Shown: one piece after another, positions 23,912 to 37,712 of the stretch
How the letters are laid out: each line of letters starts with the position of its first letter
How positions within the stretch are numbered: position 1 is the stretch's first letter
Program-made: the position numbers and the translations under genes
From: Perkinsus chesapeaki ATCC PRA-425
Taxonomy: Eukaryota; Protista; Perkinsozoa
Assembly: GCA_013115145.1 (NCBI GenBank)
Contig: JAAPAO010000270.1
Span: 1 to 44,574, forward strand
Reading direction: 5' to 3'
Length of the DNA stretch: 44,574 bases
The notes under the pieces: generated by a model
Told to the model about the DNA's origin: nothing
Seen by the model: only the letters and a program-made list of their open reading frames with translations
Database searches by the model: none

Positions 23912-25009
23912 TCAGGATCTCAAAGGTGCGAAGCCAACTCTACCTTGGCTCGGCTGAAACTCGACGTAGTTTCCTATTAGAGCTCTTCCTGGGAATATCC
24001 AAATATTATCGTCGTCGGCCGCAAAAATAAGACTACACCCATAATGACCATTACGAGCGTAATTGTATCTAGAAAGTGTCAGTCGGGCATCACATTCAGC
24101 ATCAAACCCGAACGTTATGGTTGGCAGGTCGCTCATATATCTGCAGTCGAAGAACCACCGCTTAGAACCCAAATCATAATAAAAGGTGACGTCGGATTCT
24201 TGAGAAAGGTCTTTAATAAGTCCATTAATATAAAGCCTCGGAATGTACATGTCTTCGGTACCAGAATCAATCTGAGTTTGCTGGTTGATGCCAATAGTAG
24301 TTATCCCGCTTCCAACGTGAAACATCTGGATATTAACCGTCCTCTCAGTTACGTCTGTCATCTTTGCAAAAGAAAGAGCACCGTAGTATAGAGTAGGGTC
24401 ACCGGAGCCGAGGAGAAGCTCGCCAGAAGGGACGAGAGAGAAAAATGAGCTCCTCATGTATATAGCATATGTATCCCCCACGACAGGACTGGGGCTCATT
24501 TGCGACAACTGCTCCATAAATGACGGGAAGTACTCATCTTCAGAACCAGTGAGACCCAATATGTTTAGTGCGTCAGATTCATCGGGTGGAGGGTGTTGGT
24601 CGTATATGAGACCGAAAAACATATTGTCAACCGTGGTGCCGCCAAAGGTTACGCTGCCCTTATGCTTGAAGATAGCTACTGAGACGTCATCGTCGAACCT
24701 AACCGAGGCCGTTATATCTCCACGTTTACCAATTGCTGAGCTCTTGTAACAGCCAATCGGGAGACTATTGCAATATCCGTCCCAATACTGCTCTTCGAGC
24801 CAGTCCTTCCAAATGATGATAGTATATTCACTACCAGTATCAACAAACATAGTTAGTATTTGCCCATCAACTTCAAGCTCGGCGTATACACCACGTACAG
24901 CTTTGGGGTACGTCGTATAGGTTATTGGCAATCGGAGTGGTGCACCAAAGCACGATGGGAGTGAGAACAGCCCCAGGGTGATGAGCGTGAACAATCTACG
25001 AAGAGTCAT
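23912..25009 (-). CDS. Secreted pepsin-like aspartic protease (family A1), single exon, 365 aa
   Basis: Uninterrupted ORF with a hydrophobic N-terminus (MTLRRLFTLITLGLFSLPSCFG), two catalytic motifs (FVDTGS, QIDSGT), a Cys pair, and the C-terminal YVEFQPSQGRVGFAP typical of A1 proteases. Confidence 0.92.
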   Translation of the reverse strand: MTLRRLFTLITLGLFSLPSCFGAPLRLPITYTTYPKAVRGVYAELEVDGQILTMFVDTGSEYTIIIWKDWLEEQYWDGYCNSLPIGCYKSSAIGKRGDITASVRFDDDVSVAIFKHKGSVTFGGTTVDNMFFGLIYDQHPPPDESDALNILGLTGSEDEYFPSFMEQLSQMSPSPVVGDTYAIYMRSSFFSLVPSGELLLGSGDPTLYYGALSFAKMTDVTERTVNIQMFHVGSGITTIGINQQTQIDSGTEDMYIPRLYINGLIKDLSQESDVTFYYDLGSKRWFFDCRYMSDLPTITFGFDAECDARLTLSRYNYARNGHYGCSLIFAADDDNIWIFPGRALIGNYVEFQPSQGRVGFAPLRS

Positions 25010-25321
25010 GTTTGAGACACGAAAGACGGAGATCCACTAAAACATGGAACACTAAGACAGATTCCACGGAAGCTGAGTGCCAGAAAGAACTTCCAGCCCA
25101 AGTCTTGTTAAGGGCGCAGACAACTCCAACGTATGCGTGCAACTGTCTACACCACATAGCTACAAGCAAACTACGAAACTGTAAAGGACAATGTAAAAAT
25201 AACCATACTCACCTGTACACTGGCTATACTAAAATCACGGCACAGCTGAACTCAAACTATGGTAACAAATACTCTACGAAATACATATTGTCTAGTCCTT
25301 TACAGGGTTGTGTCTGGCATT

Positions 25322-26157
25322 ATGGCAATTCTGAGGTTCACCATCCTGGGTGGCTCATTCAGTTCAAGGAGCTTCCCCCTATACAAAACTGCTGGTGAGC
25401 TGATAGCGAGAGCGTGGTTCACCGTACGGCTATACTACAGTCGCTGTAGGGCAGTGTGACACTGCCAGTGTCACGGTTATGGAAAAATTCGCGGTTGTCT
25501 GCCACACAGATTTGTATACATCGGCGGTCAGTGGAGCGCAAGTCGCTCCCCTGTACCTGCACAAGGCTGACCTCTTCACCTCACGCCATCCTTAGAGGAG
25601 TCTCCGAGATGCTAATCTTCAGACAAGTACATATAATCGTGTATTATGTTGGCGTATTGAGGCTGATCATCAGCCGCTGATGGGCCCCAGTCGTGCTCGA
25701 ATGGTCAACTATAGTTCGGTCACTGAGAGGGTATGGCGGCGGCGCCGACCGAGAGGGTACGGCCCTAAAAGGTTATTTTCTCTATGTCCGAAAGACGGCA
25801 GAATTCCGCCTGTCGTTCACTAACTCTACCCAGATGCCGGTCATAGTGAGGAGGCACCGCCGGCATAGAGGACCCCAAGGGTTGATATCGCTGGAGAACA
25901 ATACATCTGTTTACAGTAGTGCTTCTGGCACTATCAGCGTCGCTATGAAACTACATCATCTTGAAGAAGGCTCTGGAAGCCGCACGCGTGATGTTGGTAT
26001 CGTAGTACGTGGCGTATTTTTACCGTACATCATGCAAAGAGATCTTCGCTCGATGCTATACAACGAGAAGACTGATGAGGTCGAGTTGGGGCTCCGGGAG
26101 CCAGGGTTCTTTGCATTCATGCCAACATACGAAACCAAGACTTTTTTGAGATGTTGA
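25322..26157 (+). CDS. Hypothetical protein (probably 4 exons), no recognisable family
   Basis: ATG 25322 and phase-compatible GT-AG introns 25395-25440, 25542-25595 and 25627-25690 join in frame to the 154-codon ORF 25693-26157. No motif recognised. Confidence 0.45.
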
Positions 26158-26851
26158 TACAGCTGAGATTGAAGGGTAGCTCTCCACAAGTTTTCAAGTT
26201 GAATGATGCATTGATCGCCGCATAGGTAATACGGCGATTCGGTTTTTCTAACTGACCTGACTTGTTGAGTTGTTATCGATTATCGCGATGGTTATCAATA
26301 TGGTTATCCTGGGTCTGAATCTTATGCGAAGTACGACTTGTTTTGTGTAGAGTAAATAAGCGAAGTGCAGGGAGAGTCTGTGCCTGCTTAGTTGTGCATT
26401 GTGGATTTTGCGCGAATGTGCCCCTGGGTGAACGAGGTTCCTGATGGGAATCCTTCCCCAATGGAAAGTTGTGAAGGTACGCCTTTGCAATAACTGAAGA
26501 GTCTACGGGTTTACACACTGAAGCTCATCTCAGCTTGGAGAGTCCGAGGAAATCTGACTTTTTTTCTTTATCGGGAGGAGCCTGGTTTGTGACTCATAGT
26601 TGGCTGGGCCAACTTGGCTCTCTACGTAGATTGTAGTGAGCACGGGTCACTAACTGCACTTGGCTTCGGTGTTATCACTGGCAGCCTATAGGGAAATAGT
26701 CCCAAACTTCAGAGGCTGTCTTCCCAAACAAGACATGCCGCCATCCGGCTGTCGGTCAACACCTTCGCATTCTTCCCACTCTGCCGAAAAGATAGCGATT
26801 TATTACAACTATAATACCATGTGTTTAAGAAACAGTTGATACTTAGTGTAT

Positions 26852-28343
26852 TTAAAGCTCATCTTTATCGGTATTCGAGGCTGCTTTTTGAGCATTCTCG
26901 TTTCCATCAAACTGTGAACACCATTTATCATCAGATCCCATTTCTTCTTGGCACCACTTCTTCCACTTTGCCCGGAGTTCCCCAACGCCTGGGTGAAATA
27001 GAGGCTATAAAATCTTACATAGAATGCTACAGCTTTTCTTGTGTGAATAAATCCACTTACTTGACTGGAATTCATCGGTTCTCTGCTCGCCTTCGAGCTC
27101 CGACGCGGCATCCAAAAACTGGATAACCCTTGCAGCTTGGTCCAACGAATATCCCCCCCGATCTTCAGAGACAAACTGCTGCTCGCTGATACCAGGAACT
27201 GTTGCCCGTAACTGATCAGCGATCGCTCTACTAAAGGTTAGGGTGAAAAGTTACCTTGTCGCTGCCGATCCACCGTGCAAGTGTGGCGTTATCATGAGTA
27301 TTGTTATCTTGCTGTTGTCGAATGACAGTGGTTAGCAACGTTGCAATCTTCGATCCAACAGCGGGTCCGTAGCGATCTGCAAGGGATAATTTCCTCCCGA
27401 TTAAAGTGGTCTTACCAAAGTTATCAACCAGAAGCCTCAGTTGGCTTGACTCCCCAGCAGCTTCTTGTAGCGCAAAATTGTTGCGAATGAGTGCAGACAA
27501 GCAAAATGCTGATTTGGCCGCCAGGCCCGGCTCATCGTTGTTGACAGACTCATTCAGTGTTTTAAACCTATAGGGAATATCTGGCAAGTAGCAGTGGCCG
27601 ACTCACATAACATCCAGTGCATCGGGGAACTCCTCCAGAAGAATCGACTGAACCCCCTCGTTGTTGCTCAGGGCAGTGCCAAGCGCCCAACCAGCAGCAG
27701 TCCGTTCCTGAATTAACAAAGCGTGAAATGCAAAATAGAGAACAACTCACACTGGCAGTGGCATTGCCTCCATCTCCAGCGAAGAGGTGGACCAGAGGTC
27801 TGAGGCCGCCCATCTTATTGAGGTTCATCGCATTATCAACTTGAGAGACAAGATCCACAAGTTGCTCCAGCAAATTAACCCGCTCCTCGACGGTCCGATT
27901 AGCTGGTACATCCACCTGGACAATCCGTATAGTGCTGATACGGTTACTGTTGGTAACCTACCAAAGCTTCGTTGACGATGTTCTGCATGATGACTGATGG
28001 GTCTGTGAGAAAATTTTTCAAGAAATCTTCGCCTAGCACATCAGCTATGGTTTTGCCAGACTTCTTGTACTCTTCAGCGAGCTAAATATTTTAATACAGT
28101 CTGACGTGAAGATAAGCCTCGTACCTCCTTCATCCTTTCAGGGTCAGAATACCGAATTGAGGCATGCAAAAGATCCTCCAGACCATCGTCCCGCCCCTGT
28201 TGCAGGTGAACAGGTGCTTGCTGCTTCTCCTCTGCTTCGGGTGTGTCGATGTGTATCAACTGGAGACCTCCAGCGTCACCGTCACCGACTGCCGTGGTTA
28301 AAACCAACACGGTCATGGTGAAGAGTGTTGCAAGGAAACGCAT
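26852..28343 (-). CDS. SIL1: SIL1/Fes1/HspBP1-family Hsp70 nucleotide-exchange factor, ER-luminal
   Basis: Signal peptide MRFLATLFTMTVLVLTTAVG. Armadillo-type motifs LEQLVDLVSQVDNAMNLNKMGGL, ERTAAGWALGTALSNNEGVQ and AFCLSALIRNN. The last exon ends ...ASNTDKDEL with the stop at 26854-26852. About 7 short GT-AG introns. Confidence 0.85.
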
Positions 28344-28608
28344 AGTTGGCTAAGCAAACTGATGAAGTGAGATTTCCTTGTCTAAAATGAAGTTACTCGA
28401 AATTTACACCACCAATTAAATGCGACCAAAAATATATTATGGTACATCTGGAGTTATCACTCTCTATCCGAGTACTAGTCGACGCTTGAGGAAGATGTAG
28501 ATCGAAAATCCGCGGGAATTACCAACTCAACTTCATGAGCAGACAAGTCAAACATGCAGATCGTGCGATGTTATCAATTTGAGGGAGCTAAGCCCAACAT
28601 GCGCCATG

Positions 28609-30738
28609 TTACGTGGAGATCAATAAAGGTGTTTTCATCAAAACATTCAGAGCATCACCCACAGTGATACGGTTACGAGGGAAGTGGGATAGCAACCGCA
28701 ACAATAAGGCTGTCAAAGTACGCCCTGGTCGAACGTCACCTCGAGCTCGCCAACACAGACCATCGCTGTTGAATAGGAGCCTAGCAAGGGAGCCTTGCTG
28801 GATACGCCGTAGAACCACATGGACCGTCTGTGCAGATTAAAACAGATGTAAGTATCCTTCTTACAGTTGATTGCAGTGGATAAGGGAACAGGCAGTTGTT
28901 CCATTACGGTATAATTCATGAGAAAGGGTTCGAATACGAAAATAAGTGATTTCATATTTGACAAGTCAGCTGGAACACTGCTATAACAACAGACATACGA
29001 GAATCAGGACTCATACGCGCGGTGTTGTCATAGTTCTCGAGAAAGAAGAGATAGAGCCTATCAAGTTCAAACCAGAGCGTTCACGCTTCGATTCGTCCGA
29101 TCCAACCTTGAGGTTGAGAAGAGGATTTGTGTTGGCCCACTGCACAACGGCTTGTCCCACTCAGCGATTCAGCTGAAATTTGGCAAATTCGATACCAATT
29201 CTGCACAATTGGCTTCGGTGTTTTTTCGTACCACTCCTTATGTAAACGCAATAATATTCTACAGGTTACACTCACCCAGGCTTGTCCCCATTCACCTTCA
29301 CTGTTGCATTACACCTCACTCGTAGCGCCTCATCAACAATGCTTGCTGGTATAAGGGGTGACCCGAAGATGATATCGTGCCTTGGAAATGAACCACTAAG
29401 CTTTGTTGGAATGTTTGAGAAGCTTCTTCGGTCAAGCCATAAGATTCTTAAGGCTTGATCCAACAAGCTAGGTAAGATTCTCAACATCTCAAGATGTTAG
29501 GATAAGATTACTCCGAGAACCAACTAAAGCACATCATCCTTTATAATATTCGAGGCAGTTCTGTCCACACAAACACATCAGGCGACAAAGATGTACATAT
29601 TCCCACGCTGGAAATGCGCTCCATTAGAGTCCATCCCCACTCACAGAACACTGCCACAAGCGAATGCATCAGCCTTGGGCCAGTCGATGTCCCTGGTCCC
29701 TTGAAAGGTCTCAGGAGCAGCATAGCCAACTGTACCACATCGCTCTATCGATGACTCTCGATCACCCAAGATGAAGGAAAATCCGAAATCACACAGGACC
29801 ACGAGCGGGTATGGATGGACTGATTTTAGGAGGAGGTTTTCGGGTTTGATATCGCGATGAACAATACCGAAGCAATGAATGTGATTTACAGCTTCCAATA
29901 GAGATCTCAACAGGTGGACTACAGAAGGTCGAGGAAGACCGGATGGATGTTTCAACATAAATGAGTGCAAGTCACCATGCGGCATAAACTTCGTGAAGAT
30001 ACCAAAGCCCTCAGTCGGTAGTCGATGGACCGATACGAATGTGACGATGTGATTTGGTAGTTCCCTCGAGAGCTTCGCGTGGATTCCGACTTCCCTTCGC
30101 AGCCGCTCGATCTTGTACGGTCTCTTGGTAAGGTGAGTCTTTGTCCCGAATATCTAAAACTGAGATCACACTTTCCACCTGACAGGTTCCTCACATTTGT
30201 GCAATTTGTCCCCTTTGAATCGGTCAGCATCGCCCCTCTAGAAAGCAGCCTGCGAGCCAAGGAGACAGCGTTGGCCGGCGACACACAACTGATCACCCAA
30301 CTTCCTAGCTTAATAGCTCTAGGAGAGAACAGTGTTAATTCTGAAGAGGAAACAAGTGCATTAATGAGCATCTTCTAATCGCTCCTCGGATCTGCGAGAA
30401 ATACCTCACTTGCCTTGCAGGGTTATTTCGATTGCCATACAGAGAGTGTCGCGAATTTCTCCGACTACTAACCGAGATCCAGTGTCATCATCGGTGAACC
30501 TGAAGTGGTAGAAAGCGAGACGAAATAGTATAATAATGATGATAAGAAAGTGCGTATTTCACCACCAACGACCACTAAGGAAGCTGAAGGATATCTCATC
30601 AAACCGACGACATTTTTAAAGGCAATCATCGGACCTCAGAATTGGTGTCCTGGTATGATGTGATCTGATGTAGATTATCCCCTTTGAACCACAGCGGTTG
30701 ATGGTCACAATGGAGTTCAGACTTTCCTCGTCCTCCAT
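28609..30738 (-). CDS. Ser/Thr protein kinase (CAMK-like catalytic core) with N-terminal extension; multi-exon, 5' end uncertain
   Basis: alphaC LRREVGIH, catalytic loop IVHRDIKPENLLL, DFG, GTVGYAAPE, KADAFACG, HDIIFGSPL, and subdomain XI LLLRLLSHFPRNRITVGDALN before the stop at 28609. The start at ATG 30738 (MEDEESLNS) and some exon boundaries are inferred. Confidence 0.75.
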
Positions 30739-31082
30739 GCCCTGAATCGTTTCATTTGTTGTTATTGTTGTCGGTGTACTAGTTAACTCAAGATGAGTAG
30801 TAGTATGGTAAAAGGCTCAAAGATGGTACTTGTTGTTAAGACTTTCGAGCAACCGCTATTATCAAACAACTCGGTCATCACCTCCCCGACGAAAGAAAGT
30901 ATTCGAAATAATTATTAGGAGAAGTAGGACTAAGCAACTATGATAATAATAATATACACAGGAGGCTCGGAAGGTGCAGGAGGAGAGGATCGATGAAAGT
31001 CATCAGAGCTACCGCTGCTGCTGCTGCTGCTGGAGGTGAAATAAGAGATGGGGAGTTAATCGAACAATCATCAAGAAGGCGA

Positions 31083-33389
31083 TCAATGATGAGCTTGGTC
31101 ATCGTTCGACCCGTCTTGCGATTCTTTCTCGGGATGTCTATTCTCGAAAGGATGGACCTGACAACAAGTTGATAAAAGTCAAGCAAACACTCCCGTGATG
31201 GGCCTACTGTAATTTCAACATCGGCAACCATATGAACAGGCCCATCAGCCAGAATGCGCTGTACAGACTCGGGATCAGCCATAAGTACAAAGCCAAGAGA
31301 GGCGGGGCGAGAACGCGTTCTCCTAAATATAACAAGTTAGCTTCGAGTGGCGGTGGTGGAGGATTACGTTGTATCGTTAGGACCGGGCTGAACCTGCCTA
31401 GAGTGCGCTACCAGAACCTTCCTGACCTGACGAGCAATGATGCAGAAAAGATTCAAAATAGGTCGGAATGCTTACCTCGCCGTATTCTTCGAAATATTCT
31501 CTGAGGAAAACTGGAGATTTAAATCCGAACTTATGAATGCGTCGGACTATGAATATGCAGCTTTCATCTTCCGTGTCAAGCTCTTGCAAAAGCGTCCTGA
31601 ACAGGCAGAGCTCGCAGCAAACTGGCTCAAATATCTCATCACGATGCGTTCGAAATATTTAAAGCTCTCACTGGCTGCCGGAACAACTGTCCTCTCCACC
31701 GCTGGGAGGCAGGGAAATCGACAGAGCTCCGCAGAATTCCGTTTCCCTGTATAGGCTCGCACAAAGGAACGTATATCTGTTGTATTCCTTAAAGGAGCTC
31801 CAATCTTAAAGGAGGCACCCTCCGCCTCTTTCTCATACAGAAAATCGTAGGAGCTCGAGTGTGACTAATCACAGTTGCACATCCCTCCCCTATATATATA
31901 ATTTTCCTGCTGCTACTGGGAGCTTGAGCTCTATTAATCCCTCACCTCAGAGTCTTGCCCGGTCCCTCATGTGCCACTTGCTGCTGCTGTGGTTGTTGTT
32001 GCTGCTGCTGAAGTTGCTGTTCGGTCTTATGATGAGAATGATGTCGGTTATTGCCGCCTCCTCTATGGTATCCGTCCTCCCGCTGCTGCTGCTGTTGCCG
32101 TTGCTGTCGAGCAGGTGTTGAATAGTTAGGAGCGCCTCCCATCCGCCGGCCATCCCCTCCTCGTTGTTGTTGTTGTTGTTGTTGTTGTCGCTGGTCCATG
32201 TTACCATAACTCATCTCTTGTTCACCTTCACCGTAGCGAGCGCTCTCGCCGGTGCTCGGTGGACCGGGCTTATTGTGACGGATATCAGCATAGCAGAGAT
32301 TGTCGGGATCCACCTGTGAGCTTGAAGTCAACCTAAAGATTCCTCCCTAGTATTACATTTCCCGCATCTCTCAAGAAGTAGCCGACTGGCGGCATTATCA
32401 TACCTCCGGAAGTGTCTCTTTGCAGTAACATAGGAGGCGCTGAACGAGGAGGACGCAGTGGGACAGCTAGAGGTGTCAGAAAGCCTCCCACTTACCGATG
32501 TTCATCGGTGACATTTGCATCGAGTTCATCATCGGCGATTGTGGTACCCCTCCATCCGATGAAAATGAGCAGACGCTGCTCGTCGGTGATCCCCCGCCAC
32601 CTCGCATCATGGCTGGATTAGCGAGATAGGCTCCGTAGTAGGCCGCAGCGGCCGCCACTGGAGAAGGAGAAGGGTAACCCTAGAAATAGGAGACTTGATG
32701 AATCCTTCCTTATGTGGCAAGTACATAATTCTGCTGAGGTTGTTGCTGCTGTTGCTGCTGCTGAGGGATGGCGCCATAGGGCAACTGGGCGTACATAGCA
32801 CGGTACTCTCCGACGTTCTGCGGCTGCTGCTGCTGTGGCTGCTGCTGGGATGGGTAGCTACCAGGAGCCTGAAAAACATCAATACGGGGTAGACAAGAAA
32901 ATAAAGGGAAATTGGTGTGAAGAAAGAGAGAGAAAATCCTACTGGTTGAGAAGGCGGAGATGGATAGGGCTGATTCACTCCTGTGTAGGCAGGTGATTGA
33001 ATAGCCGGACCATAGCTCTGAGGCTGAGGGAGCAACAGCAGTCACCACTCGCCACGGAAATATGGAAAACCCTAACGAGACTTACATATCCGATAGGAGC
33101 AAAGCTTCCTACTGAACGCACTGAAGCTGCGGGGGACTGAGGAAAGATAACCATAAATTTGACGTTACTATTTCGATGCTACTTGAGGAGCCATCTGCGG
33201 TGTTCCGGGGGGGATCGGCTGATAGATAGACTGATAGTAGCCTATCGGAGTGCCGGGCTGGGACATGGGGGTGCTGGGCTGTGGTGACACTTGACGGTTC
33301 TCGCAGGATCCTAGGGGCAGCCTGCTCTCTCCAGACTGCTGCTGCTGTTGCTGCTGCACGTATGCGCTATTGTTATTCGTGCCATACAT
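31083..33389 (-). CDS. RRM-domain RNA-binding protein with long Q/P/Y/G-rich low-complexity N-terminus
   Basis: Spliced C-terminal domain TLRTLLQELDTEDESCIFIVRRIHKFGFKSPVFLREYFEEYGEVRKVLVAHSR...RPASLGFVLMADPESVQRIL...VEITVHPF resembles the myzozoan (dinoflagellate/perkinsid) RRM family. Start MYGTNNNSAYVQQQQQQQ at 33389; stop at 31085-31083. About 10 introns; one junction near 32490 is ambiguous. Confidence 0.8.
31978..33357 (-). repeat. Multiple CAG/CAA trinucleotide tracts encoding polyglutamine
   Basis: Tracts near 31978-32010, 32079-32107, 32163-32187, 32737-32763, 32822-32846 and 33336-33357 translate as poly-Q on the minus strand. Confidence 0.9.
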
Positions 33390-33986
33390 TATAGTCAGGT
33401 GTAGAAGTGGTAAAGTTTGTGAGCCTTTACGACAACAAAAAGGGAAAACTGACAAGAAGGCCTGTTGTTGCTTCGATGGTCGGAAGTTCCAGTAATTTCA
33501 ACAGCACTGTTAAATTCCTTATTCCTCTGATGCCGGGCATTGTTGTAAGATTCGCAATCCCGACCTAAGTCCAGAAAGATATCCGCTAGCCGAAGATAGG
33601 CTAAGGTGACGGAAGTATCTGAGGTTGAAGGAAAGCTGACAAAGTTATAAGAAGAGGAGGCGTGTGGTGGCCCCAAGGGATCTATAAAAGTGAAATGCGG
33701 GCCAATCTACGATAAAACGGGACGCTGTACGTTTTCGACGGTAATTTGCGGTCAACTCAGTGTCGATTGGTTGATAGATAAAAATACGAGAAAATTGACA
33801 GCTGTGGGAATAGAACCTGCGCGGAAATACAGGCGAAACTTTGAGTATAGCACATTAACCACTCCACCATTCCGGCATAGATATTTCGCGTTTCAGTATC
33901 ACTTCGTCTTCTACAGATATCCCTTCAGCATACATAGGGTCATCAGATCAGCGACCTCTATACTTTTCTATCTTGTACTCTTCACA

Positions 33987-36799
<2,813 letters not shown>

Positions 36800-37712
36800 T
36801 TCACTCGCTTTAATAAGATATCTTATCTTCGAGCATCTCATACATGTGACCAGTTTCATTAGTATTATGTGTTTGGTTTTAGTGGTTGAGATAGTAGATA
36901 TTACGAATGTGACTTCTCGGAGCTATCGGTGCTTAGGGTGGGGTGAGGAGGACCATCAAGTACAGAAGGTAATGTATTCGACGTTGTATCGTTTTCTAAT
37001 AAAAGGCCAACCGCATATTTCTTGGCCACCGAAGAGCATACTTCTGTGATGCTAGATTAATCCCTCTTGCGAGCATGTGGTATAGCCGCATAGTTCCTGT
37101 TCGCAATGGGGGTTAGTTTATAGTTAAAGAGGAAGTGTCAAATGCTTCCTTTCGATGTGGATGTGCGCACGCGTGCACTTTGGGTTTCCCTCTCTCCTTT
37201 GGTGATCAACAGTGTGTTATTAGAATAACCTTATAAGTCGACTGCAATTTACAGTAATAGTAGTAGTAGGTGGTGGTGGTTCGGGAACTATAGACGTGAA
37301 GAAGAAGAGGTGTGGGTAGATTGGGGGAAACGAAGAAACATCCAACTTCATTTGCAGCACATCGTGGGAAACAGCACGCTCGGAAAGTTTGGAGCTCCTC
37401 TCAGCTCCTAAAGTATAATATAGTATGTTACAGTATTTAACATGGGTATTGTGAATTGTTATTACAAGTGGCTTAGTATGGCCCACTTCTCGGTTTCGTG
37501 AGTATACCGGGCTAGCTGGGTCGATTAAGGCTGCTCAGCCCGCATCCATACTCCTTTACTGGCACTCGCCTGGTGCCTGGTCAAAGGAGAGGAGGTGCAT
37601 AATAGAAAAGTAGGGTCCACTCTACTACAAGTAGTTGTGTTAAAGGAGGAAGAGTGCCATCTACGGGAAAATATATTATATCCCCTTTAGTTTATTTCCC
37701 TTCCTCGGGAGG

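Noticed and set aside
25010-25030. ccgt...ctcaa immediately upstream of the protease ATG (minus strand) as a possible relict spliced leader
   Set aside because: Only the two ends match, the spacing is 2 nt off and the middle is unrelated; too weak to support retroposition.
36850-37560. Possible small minus-strand gene between AKR and SCY1 (ORF 37220-37486; segments AERSSKLSERAVSHDVLQMK and VCSSVAKKYAVGLLLEN)
   Set aside because: I could not find a start codon or a phase-consistent exon chain, and no family was recognised. RNA-seq would settle it.
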